Shown here: positions 37,064-45,212 of the stretch, in pieces
How the letters are laid out: every line of letters begins with the position of its first letter
Numbering within the stretch: the stretch's first letter is position 1
Source: a bacterium
GTDB lineage: Bacteria; Electryoneota; Electryoneia; Electryoneales; Electryoneaceae
Assembly: GCA_963669175.1 (NCBI GenBank)
Contig: OY769902.1
Coordinates: 2,432,001-2,496,000 of the forward strand
DNA: 64,000 bases
Direction: 5' to 3'
The notes under the pieces: model-generated
The model's input: the letters and a program-made list of their open reading frames with translations, nothing else
Told to the model about the DNA's origin: nothing
Database searches by the model: none
Position numbers and translations under genes: made by a program

Positions 37064-37531
37064 ATGCTGATTCGACTAGCATCTTTACATGATGGTGAAA
37101 ATCCGGTAGCGGAAGAGCTGGATGCCGAGTCCCTGGGGCTTGATCCGGCGATGTATTCTGCGCCGGTCAAAGTCACCGGTCAGATTGACAACCTCGGCTC
37201 CATGCTGAATGTTGATGTACACATTTCAGCGGTAGCGAAGGCTGTATGTGATCGGTGTGCGATAGAGTTTGAACGTCCCTGTGAAACCGAAATGCGTGTT
37301 CACATCCTGTTCCGAAAAGCAGAGGATGAAGAAGAGGCAGAGGCGGAGGGGCTGGTATTTGCCGGAAAAAATCCGGCTGAAGTTGATCTCAGCCAGGAAG
37401 TGCTGGATGCAATCCTCCTTGAATGGCCCATGCTGGTCTATTGCAAGGAAGATTGCAAAGGGCTTTGTTTCCGTTGCGGGGCGGACCTGAACGAAGGTCC
37501 GTGTACCTGCAATACGGAAGAAGTTCACTAA
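37064..37531 (+). CDS. yceD: DUF177/YceD family protein
   Basis: CDRC and C.EDCKGLC.RCG.DLN motifs; upstream of rpmF. Confidence 0.88.
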   Translation: MLIRLASLHDGENPVAEELDAESLGLDPAMYSAPVKVTGQIDNLGSMLNVDVHISAVAKAVCDRCAIEFERPCETEMRVHILFRKAEDEEEAEAEGLVFAGKNPAEVDLSQEVLDAILLEWPMLVYCKEDCKGLCFRCGADLNEGPCTCNTEEVH

Positions 37532-37596
37532 AGATTGACGAGAACGCATTAACAGAATAACAACCGTCCGCAAGGACGGTCGGAAGGACGGGTAAC

Positions 37597-37779
37597 GTGG
37601 CAGTACCGAAGAAACGCACCAGCTCGACACGGCGTGACAAGCGGCGTAGTCATCACGCTCTTACACCGAGCCAGTTGATTGCATGTGAAAACTGTGGTGC
37701 AATGCGCAAGCCTCATCGTGTATGTCCGGAATGCGGATATTACAAGGGGCGCGAAGTAAACCCAGTCAAGAGCAAGTAG
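37597..37779 (+). CDS. rpmF: 50S ribosomal protein L32 (Zn-binding form)
   Basis: MAVPKKRTS..RRDKRRSH, CENCG, HRVCPECGYY. Confidence 0.97.
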   Translation: MAVPKKRTSSTRRDKRRSHHALTPSQLIACENCGAMRKPHRVCPECGYYKGREVNPVKSK

Positions 37780-37812
37780 TAGCTTGACCCGGCCAGGCCA
37801 GAGGAAAGCGCC

Positions 37813-38835
37813 ATGAGGATAGCGATAGACGCCGCGGGACCGGAACCGGACGCGGGCGTTGTCGTTGATGGCGCTTTGGCGGCACTCCATCGTGCCCAAC
37901 AGCACGGTAGATCGCTGGAAATGGTCCTCTATGGACTGGCCGAACAGCTCCGTGAACGCATCCCGCAGGATGTGACTGATCGAATCACGATTGTTGATGC
38001 TCCGGATATAATCACTCAGGAAGACAAACCGAGCGATATCCTGTTTTCCAAAACTGCCAGCTCCATCATCATGGGGGTGAAGGATATGGCGGCGGAAAAT
38101 GTGGATGCGTTTGTCAGCATGGGACATACCGGGGCTGTCGTCGCTGCCTGCCGTACATATGCAGGCAGGATTCGCTGGATCAGTAAACCCGCCATGGGAA
38201 TTCCATTTCCAAACGAAAACGGGATGGGATTCATGCTGGACGTTGGCGCTTCCATGGATACCAAGGCGAACCACCTGGTTCAATTTGCGGCCATGGGCTC
38301 TACCTTCGTTCAGCGGGTGTACAGGGTTAAAAATCCGCGGGTTGGACTCCTCAATATCGGCACGGAAAGCACCAAGGGCGATGAATTGGCGAAAGATGCC
38401 TATCGCCTGTTTGGCCGTAGCCTGCTGAACTTCGTAGGCAATATTGAGGGTAGTGATATTCCGCTTGGGAAAGCGGATGTGATCGTGACCAGTGGGTTTG
38501 TCGGCAACATCCTGTTGAAGTTTGCTGAGATGTTCCCGACAGTTCTGGTTCGTCGGATCGATGATAAAACGATGCGTCGGGCTCTGCTGGAAAAGATCCG
38601 CGAGTTCGATGCCAGCCGTTATGGTGGCGCGACTCTCCTGGGGGTGAATGGGACAGTCGTAGTGGGGCATGGCCGCAGCGATTCAAAGGCAGTGGCCAAA
38701 GCAATCCAGTGGGCGGGCGTAATGGTTCAGAACAAGCTGACTTCTGCACTAAAGGAATCAGTATTTCGGACCAGGCGCGCACTGTGGCTATCTAATCCAT
38801 TTTCCAAGGGCGATTCAAGTGAAGTTGAAAGCTGA
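37813..38835 (+). CDS. plsX: Phosphate acyltransferase
   Basis: LDVGA, L.QFA.MG, VGLLNIGTE..KG, FVGNIEG, GFVGN..LK..E, YGGA.LLGV; canonical position. Confidence 0.9.
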   Translation: MRIAIDAAGPEPDAGVVVDGALAALHRAQQHGRSLEMVLYGLAEQLRERIPQDVTDRITIVDAPDIITQEDKPSDILFSKTASSIIMGVKDMAAENVDAFVSMGHTGAVVAACRTYAGRIRWISKPAMGIPFPNENGMGFMLDVGASMDTKANHLVQFAAMGSTFVQRVYRVKNPRVGLLNIGTESTKGDELAKDAYRLFGRSLLNFVGNIEGSDIPLGKADVIVTSGFVGNILLKFAEMFPTVLVRRIDDKTMRRALLEKIREFDASRYGGATLLGVNGTVVVGHGRSDSKAVAKAIQWAGVMVQNKLTSALKESVFRTRRALWLSNPFSKGDSSEVES

Positions 38836-39826
38836 TGGAAGGCCGGCGTCCAGAATCGTCGGTATGGGCAGTTCAGTTCCGGAACAGATACTTACCAATG
38901 CCGACCTTGAAAAGATGGTCGATACGTCCGACGAGTGGATCACTGCTCGAACCGGCATAAAAGAACGACATGTTTCACCTGTTGGTGTGCCAAGTTCGGA
39001 TTACTCTGCCAAGGCCGCGCAACAGGCGCTCGACGAGGCAGGTGTTACTGCTGATAAGCTAGACTTGTTGCTGGTCGGGACGGTTACCGGTGATTCGCTT
39101 TTCCCGGCAAGCGCTGTCAACGTGCAATCAAAGATAGGTGCGAAAAACGCTACCTGTCTTGATCTTAGCGCAGCTTGCAGCGGTTTCCTGTATTCGTTGC
39201 ATTTTGCCGACATGGCTATCCGGACCGGTCAGGCAAAATACGTTCTTGCCATTGGTGTGGAAATTCTAACCTGCATGACAGACTGGTCAGATCGCGCCAC
39301 ATGCGTTCTGTTCGGTGATGGCGCTGGCGCAGCGCTGGTAACTGCTACGGATGAACAATCGGGTGACCGTGGTATACTGTCCAGCTATATTGGTACCAAC
39401 GGCGACCTGATGGAACTGTTGTATTGTCCTGGCGGTGGCTCGATTATTCCACCCAAACAGCGTAACCCGGTGCAGGATTACACAGTAAAAATGGCCGGAA
39501 ACGAAGTATTTAAGCATGCAGTGAAGACCATGCACAGGGCTTCGAATACAGCGCTGGAATTGGCCGGAATGCAATCGTCTGAGCTGGATATGGTTGTGCC
39601 GCATCAGGCTAATATCAGAATTATTGATGGTCTTGCTAAAAAACTGCAAATGCCGAAAGAAAAGGTGTTTGTCAATATCCATAAGTACGGTAACACTTCA
39701 GCGGCATCTATTCCGATTGCCCTGGTGGAAGCACGACAGGAAGGCAAAATCCGCGAAGGGTCAAATGTACTTTGTGTTGCATTTGGCGGCGGGTTCACCT
39801 GGGGATCGGCGATTGTCCGTTTCTGA
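38819..39826 (+). CDS. fabH: 3-oxoacyl-ACP synthase III
   Basis: DTSDEWI..RTGI, AACSGF, LFGDGAGA, PHQAN, YGNTSAAS, FGGGFTWG. Confidence 0.96.
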   Translation: MKLKADGRPASRIVGMGSSVPEQILTNADLEKMVDTSDEWITARTGIKERHVSPVGVPSSDYSAKAAQQALDEAGVTADKLDLLLVGTVTGDSLFPASAVNVQSKIGAKNATCLDLSAACSGFLYSLHFADMAIRTGQAKYVLAIGVEILTCMTDWSDRATCVLFGDGAGAALVTATDEQSGDRGILSSYIGTNGDLMELLYCPGGGSIIPPKQRNPVQDYTVKMAGNEVFKHAVKTMHRASNTALELAGMQSSELDMVVPHQANIRIIDGLAKKLQMPKEKVFVNIHKYGNTSAASIPIALVEARQEGKIREGSNVLCVAFGGGFTWGSAIVRF

Positions 39827-39892
39827 TAACTGCGGCGTTGTTGATTCATTCTGATTGTAACTTTTTTCAGGTTGACCGGTAACGAGGTTGAC

Positions 39893-40816
39893 ATGCATAC
39901 GGCATTTCTTTTTCCCGGACAGGGATCACAATATGTAGGGATGGGCAAGGATCTGTATGATGCGGACCCGATGGCGAAAGCATTGTACGACCTGGCCGAT
40001 TCCAAACTTCCGTTCGATTTCAAGGCGATTTGCTTCGAAGGCCCGGAAGAGGAGCTGAAGCAGACTCGTGTCACTCAGCCTGCGTTGTTCGTGCATTCTG
40101 TGGTTATCGCGCAGTTGCTTCAACGCAAGGGAATTCGTGGCGACACCTTTGCCGGTCACAGCCTGGGGGAATATTCGGCCCTGGCCGCTGCCGGCGTTCT
40201 GGACTTCACAACCGGGTTGGATTTAGTTGCGCTGCGTGGGCAACTGATGCAGAATGCTGGCGATGATCGTCCCGGGACCATGGCCGCGATTCTCGGCATG
40301 AGCCTGGAACAGGTTGAGAATGTCTGCCTGTTTTCTTCCATTGACGATGATGTTGTGGTGCCTGCCAATATGAACGCCCCGGAACAGATTGTAGTCTCCG
40401 GCGATGTGATTGCTGTTGAACGTGCGATGGAAATGGCGAAAGAGCAGGGCGCGAAGCGAGTGATTCAGCTTGTCGTTTCTGGCGCTTTCCATTCACCGTT
40501 GATGGAACCAGCCGCGCGTAAACTGGGTGAAAAGCTGCAACAAAGCAATATCAAACCGGCAAACATGCCCGTCTATTTGAATGTTACCGGGGACGCGGAA
40601 ACGCAACCGGAAGAAATCAGGAAACGTCTTGTGCAGCAATTGACTAATCCTGTACAATGGGAAAAAATTATGCGGAACATGTTCTCGAAACAGGTTACGC
40701 GCATTGTTGAGATTGGCGCCGGGAAAGTGCTCCAGGGATTGGCCAAACGTGTGGAGCGCCGGATAGAAGCGCATGGCGTGGACACGTGGGAGCAGTTGGA
40801 GTCTTTTTCACTGTAG
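39893..40816 (+). CDS. fabD: Malonyl-CoA:ACP transacylase
   Basis: FPGQGSQ, TQPA, GHSLGE, VSGAFHS. Confidence 0.96.
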   Translation: MHTAFLFPGQGSQYVGMGKDLYDADPMAKALYDLADSKLPFDFKAICFEGPEEELKQTRVTQPALFVHSVVIAQLLQRKGIRGDTFAGHSLGEYSALAAAGVLDFTTGLDLVALRGQLMQNAGDDRPGTMAAILGMSLEQVENVCLFSSIDDDVVVPANMNAPEQIVVSGDVIAVERAMEMAKEQGAKRVIQLVVSGAFHSPLMEPAARKLGEKLQQSNIKPANMPVYLNVTGDAETQPEEIRKRLVQQLTNPVQWEKIMRNMFSKQVTRIVEIGAGKVLQGLAKRVERRIEAHGVDTWEQLESFSL

Positions 40817-40837
40817 ACAGATGGGGAGAGGTTGGAA

Positions 40838-41581
40838 ATGGGACAACTGGACGGTAAAATTGTCTGGATAACCGGGAGTGCCCGGGGTATCGGCAAGTCG
40901 ATTGCCGAGGTGCTGGGAAGCGAAGGCGCAAAGCTCGTCATTCAGGATATTGACGAAGCCAGCACCTTGCAAACCGCACAGGAACTTGCAGCGAAGGGGA
41001 TGGACACCTTTGCCCAGGTATGTGATGTTTCCGATTCAGAAGCGGTAGAAAATACGGTTCAGGCTATTGTGGACCACTATGGTCGTATCGATATTCTGGT
41101 CAATAATGCGGGGATAACCCGTGATGGTCTTCTGATTCGCATGAAGGACAAGGATTGGGAAGATATTCTTCGTGTGAACCTGACGGGCGCGTTTATCTGC
41201 ACCCGGGGCGTTGCCAAGCGAATGATGAAACAGCGCAGCGGCGCAATTGTAAACATGTCCAGTGTGGTTGGGGTAATGGGCAATTCTGGACAGGCAAACT
41301 ACGCGGCATCCAAAGCAGGTTTGATTGGTTTGACGAAATCCACAGCCAAGGAACTGGCTTCCCGTGGGATTACCGTCAACGCTATAGCACCGGGTTACAT
41401 TGAAACAGAGATGACCAAAGTGTTGCCGGAAGCAGCGCGTGAGATGTTCCTGACGAACACACCGCTGGGCCGTCCGGGTACACCGGATGATGTTGCACGA
41501 GCAGTACAGTTTCTTGTGTCGGATCAAGCCGCATTCATCACGGGGCAGGTGCTCCATGTGGATGGCGGCATGGTGATGTAG
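40838..41581 (+). CDS. fabG: 3-oxoacyl-ACP reductase
   Basis: TGSARGIG, NNAGITRD, NYAASK, VDGG. Confidence 0.96.
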   Translation: MGQLDGKIVWITGSARGIGKSIAEVLGSEGAKLVIQDIDEASTLQTAQELAAKGMDTFAQVCDVSDSEAVENTVQAIVDHYGRIDILVNNAGITRDGLLIRMKDKDWEDILRVNLTGAFICTRGVAKRMMKQRSGAIVNMSSVVGVMGNSGQANYAASKAGLIGLTKSTAKELASRGITVNAIAPGYIETEMTKVLPEAAREMFLTNTPLGRPGTPDDVARAVQFLVSDQAAFITGQVLHVDGGMVM

Positions 41582-41638
41582 AGAAACGTTACAGATACAA
41601 CAGTTAAAAGACAAACCAAGGATCGGAGGAAAACTCCC

Positions 41639-41884
41639 ATGGCGTCTGAAGAGCAAGTGCAGAAAGTAAAAGAAATCATCGTCGAGCAGCTCGGCGTTGA
41701 CATGAACGAAGTAACCCTGGAAGCTTCATTTATTGATGATCTCGGCGCAGACTCGCTGGATACAGTAGAGTTGGTGATGGCGTTTGAAGATGCGTTTGGT
41801 GTGGAAATTCCGGATGAGGATGCTGATCAGCTCGCGACTGTTGGCGCAGCGATTGACTATCTTGAAAAGAAACTGAACGGGTGA
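41639..41884 (+). CDS. acpP: Acyl carrier protein
   Basis: [14 protein letters not shown]. Confidence 0.97.
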   Translation: MASEEQVQKVKEIIVEQLGVDMNEVTLEASFIDDLGADSLDTVELVMAFEDAFGVEIPDEDADQLATVGAAIDYLEKKLNG

Positions 41885-41907
41885 CATCCCGTCAGTACGG
41901 GAGGTTT

Positions 41908-43152
41908 ATGTCGAGACCCAAGATTGTTATCACGGGAATGGGTGTTGTTTGCCCTGTCGGTATCGGTCGGGATGCAGCTTGGGAAGGCATGGTGTCAGGG
42001 AAAAGCGGCGCCGTACCTATTTCCCGTTTCGATACAGAAGGGTATAAAACCACCTTTGCGTGTGAAGTAACGGATTTTGATCCCGGTACCTATATTGACC
42101 GGAAGCTTGTCAAGCGCATGGACCTGTTCTGCCAGCTTGGTTTTGCTGCGGCAGCACAGGCGATTGAGCAGAGCAAGCTGATGGAGGAATCACTGGACCG
42201 GAACCGGATTGGAGTAGTCTCCGGCAGCGGTATCGGCGGTATGTACTCCTACGAATCCCAGATGATGCGGCTGGTGGAGATGGGGCCGGGTAAAGTCAGT
42301 CCGTTCTTTATTCCGATGATGATCGGGGATATTCTGGCTGGACACATCTCCATCGAGCACAAGCTGAAAGGCCCGAACTACGGTGTCGTGTCCGCTTGTG
42401 CCACAGCATCCCATGCAATTGGCGTTGCCATGATGCACCTTCTCGCCGGCGATGCGGATGTTATGGTATGCGGAGGCGCAGAAGCGCCATTGACCCAGAT
42501 GGGTGTGGCCGGATTCAATTCGCTGAATGCAATTTCTACACGCAACGACGCCCCGGAAAAGGCGTCACGTCCCTTCGACAAGGATCGTGATGGCTTTGTA
42601 ATGGCTGAGGGTGGCGGTTTCTTCGTGATAGAGACCGAAGCACACGCCAGGAAACGTGGTGTTGAAATCCTGGCGGAGCTGGGTGGATACGGTTTTTCTG
42701 CGGATGCTTATCATTTGACTGCGCCGGAACCCTCGGGTGACGGCACTATCAGGGCGATGAAAGCAGCCTTGGAAAGCGCCGGATGCGAGCCCGAAGAAGT
42801 TGATTATATCAACGCGCATGGAACGTCGACTCCCTACAATGATCCCATCGAAACTCTTGCTATCAAGAGCGCTTTGGGGGATCATGCGAAGAAGATACCG
42901 GTGAGTTCAACGAAATCCATGACCGGGCACATGCTGGGCGCAACAGGAGCGGTTGAGTTGTTCGCTTCTGTCCAGGCGATTCGCACAGGAATTGTGCCGC
43001 CAACGATTAATTTGGATAACCAGGATCCTGAGTGTGATCTGTACTATGTTCCGAACAAGGCTGAGAAGCATGATGTTCGGATTGCCATGTCGAACACACT
43101 TGGTTTTGGTGGTCATAATGCCACTTTGCTGGTAAAGAAGTGGCAAGAGTAA
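41908..43152 (+). CDS. fabF: 3-oxoacyl-ACP synthase II
   Basis: SACAT, SRPFD.DRDGFV, NAHGTST, KSMTGH.LGA, GFGGHN. Confidence 0.96.
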   Translation: MSRPKIVITGMGVVCPVGIGRDAAWEGMVSGKSGAVPISRFDTEGYKTTFACEVTDFDPGTYIDRKLVKRMDLFCQLGFAAAAQAIEQSKLMEESLDRNRIGVVSGSGIGGMYSYESQMMRLVEMGPGKVSPFFIPMMIGDILAGHISIEHKLKGPNYGVVSACATASHAIGVAMMHLLAGDADVMVCGGAEAPLTQMGVAGFNSLNAISTRNDAPEKASRPFDKDRDGFVMAEGGGFFVIETEAHARKRGVEILAELGGYGFSADAYHLTAPEPSGDGTIRAMKAALESAGCEPEEVDYINAHGTSTPYNDPIETLAIKSALGDHAKKIPVSSTKSMTGHMLGATGAVELFASVQAIRTGIVPPTINLDNQDPECDLYYVPNKAEKHDVRIAMSNTLGFGGHNATLLVKKWQE

Positions 43153-43162
43153 GGTGAGGTAA

Positions 43163-43939
43163 TTGCCGATGGGCGGCCTTTTGCGACGGTATCGTCTATG
43201 GCGCCATCGTCGCTTGAGGAATCAGCAGCGACCCGGTGCAGAGCAGACACTGCACGATTTCGAAAAACTGATCGGGTATCAGTTTGAAAATCCGCGGTTG
43301 TTGCTCAATGCATTGCGACATCGCAGCATTCTGGCTGAAATTCATGCACCACGCAGCGAGGTGAATGAACGCTTGGAGTTTCTTGGAGATGCGGCGCTTG
43401 ATCTGATTGTCAGCGAGCATTTGTTCAAGAAATATCCGAATGCAAGGGAAGGCTACCTGGCGAGGATGAAAAGCCTTGCGGTCAGTGGTCGTCAGCTTGC
43501 ATCCAAGGCAAAAAAGCTGGAACTCGGTCAATATCTTCAGCTCTCGATCAGTGAGCAGAAGACAGGTGGACGAAGCAGACGAAGTATTCTGGAAGATGCA
43601 CTGGAAGCAGTGATCGGCGCTTTGTACCTTGATGGAGGGTTAAAGGTGGCAAAGCGTTTCATCCGGAAGTTCGTCATTTACGATCTTGACGGGCGCCTGG
43701 TGCGCGAGAAGGAGGGTAACTATAAGAGCCTTCTCCTTGAATATGCCCAGGGCAATGCCATGGGGCATCCTCACTATCGTGTGATCGGTGAGGATGGACC
43801 GGATCACGCCAAGGTTTTCAGTGTTGAAGTGGCCATTGGTGGCGATGCGGTAGGGAAAGGCATCGGCAAGAGTAAAAAACAAGCTGAACAGGAAGCGGCG
43901 CGTGCCGCAGCAGAAATGTTCGATCTTCACATCGAATAG
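43163..43939 (+). CDS. rnc: Ribonuclease III
   Basis: NERLEFLGDA, EA.IGALYLD, dsRBD (YKS.L.E..Q, GPDH...F, G.SKKQAEQ.AA). Confidence 0.96.
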   Translation: MPMGGLLRRYRLWRHRRLRNQQRPGAEQTLHDFEKLIGYQFENPRLLLNALRHRSILAEIHAPRSEVNERLEFLGDAALDLIVSEHLFKKYPNAREGYLARMKSLAVSGRQLASKAKKLELGQYLQLSISEQKTGGRSRRSILEDALEAVIGALYLDGGLKVAKRFIRKFVIYDLDGRLVREKEGNYKSLLLEYAQGNAMGHPHYRVIGEDGPDHAKVFSVEVAIGGDAVGKGIGKSKKQAEQEAARAAAEMFDLHIE

Positions 43940-43954
43940 GAAAGCGAGGGAGAG

Positions 43955-45109
43955 ATGGATTACCTGCTGGATGATTTTCAGAAAGAGTTGGTAGCACAAG
44001 CCCGGCGGATTGGTAAAGAGAAGATTTGGCCGGTAGCAGCCAAATACGATCGTGAAGGCACGTTCCCGCACGATATCGTGAAAATCATGGCCGATTCCGG
44101 TTTCTACCAGGTGTTTGTACCTGAAGAATACGGCGGCATTGGACGCGGTGTAATGGACCTCGTTCTGGTCGTTGAAGAATTGAGCAGGTTCTGCGGTGGG
44201 ATCAGCCTGTCTCTTGCAGCGTCTGCGCTTGGTACTTTCCCGATCGTTCTGGATGGTACCGAAGAGCAGAAGCAGAAGTACCTTCCGAAGCTGGCCAATG
44301 GTGAAATGCTGGCAGCTTTCGGTTTGACCGAAGCCTCCGCCGGCAGCGACGCCGGCAGCATCAAGACCCGTGCCGAGAAGAAGGGTGACAAGTACGTCCT
44401 GAACGGTTCCAAGGTGTTTATCACCAACGGTGGCGTTGCGGGCGTGTACACCATCATTGCTTCCACGGACCCGGAAAAGGGAACCCGTGGCGCAACCGCA
44501 TTCATCGTCGATGCGGACACCCCCGGCTTCAAGATCGGCAAGCACGAAGACAAGATGGGTATTCGTGCATCGACCACAACCGAGTTGATTTTCGAAGATT
44601 GCGAAATTCCGGAAGCCAACCGGATTGGCAAGGAAGGCGAAGGCTTCAAGGTTGCGATGAAGACTCTCGACCGCAGCCGTCCTGGTGTTGCCGCACAGGC
44701 GTTGGGTATTGCCCAGGGCGCGTTGGACCTGGCTGTTGACTATGCCAAAACCCGTGAACAGTTCGGTCAAAGCATCATCAAGTTCCAGTCGATCCAGTTC
44801 CAGCTTGCGGATATGGCAATCCAGGTTGAAGCTGCGCGTGCCATCGTTTACGCTACAGCCCGCATGATTGATGCCGGTGTTGGCAATGTTGCCAAGGATT
44901 CCGCCATTTCCAAGGTTTTTGCTTCTGATGTTGCGATGAAAGTTGCCACGGAAGCGGTGCAGGTCTTTGGTGGCTATGGTTACATGCGTGACTATCCGAT
45001 TGAGAAGTTCATGCGTGATGCCAAGATCACCCAGATCTATGAAGGCACCAACCAGATTCAACGTGTTGTTATCTCACGTGCTTTGATTCGTGAGAGCTCA
45101 AAGCGCTAA
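43955..45109 (+). CDS. Acyl-CoA dehydrogenase (butyryl-CoA DH-like)
   Basis: FGLTE..AGSD, LNGSK.FITNG, KMGIRAS, REQFG, GGYGY..DYP.E..MRDAKITQIYEGTNQIQR. Confidence 0.95.
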   Translation: MDYLLDDFQKELVAQARRIGKEKIWPVAAKYDREGTFPHDIVKIMADSGFYQVFVPEEYGGIGRGVMDLVLVVEELSRFCGGISLSLAASALGTFPIVLDGTEEQKQKYLPKLANGEMLAAFGLTEASAGSDAGSIKTRAEKKGDKYVLNGSKVFITNGGVAGVYTIIASTDPEKGTRGATAFIVDADTPGFKIGKHEDKMGIRASTTTELIFEDCEIPEANRIGKEGEGFKVAMKTLDRSRPGVAAQALGIAQGALDLAVDYAKTREQFGQSIIKFQSIQFQLADMAIQVEAARAIVYATARMIDAGVGNVAKDSAISKVFASDVAMKVATEAVQVFGGYGYMRDYPIEKFMRDAKITQIYEGTNQIQRVVISRALIRESSKR

Positions 45110-45134
45110 CGAGAGGCATTTTGCTTGAAACTTC

Positions 45135-45164
45135 AACGGGGCTTTGCAAAGAGCCCCGTTTTTT
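45135..45164 (+). terminator. Intrinsic terminator after acyl-CoA dehydrogenase
   Basis: AACGGGGCT-loop-AGCCCCGTT followed by a T run. Confidence 0.8.
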
Positions 45165-45212
45165 CGTATAAAGGGTCGAGCTTTTCTTTACGTATTCCTG
45201 AGGTTCTACGAT

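Noticed and set aside
43640-45061. 473-aa antisense ORF opposite the acyl-CoA dehydrogenase
   Set aside because: Typical antisense shadow of a codon-biased gene; no recognisable motifs.
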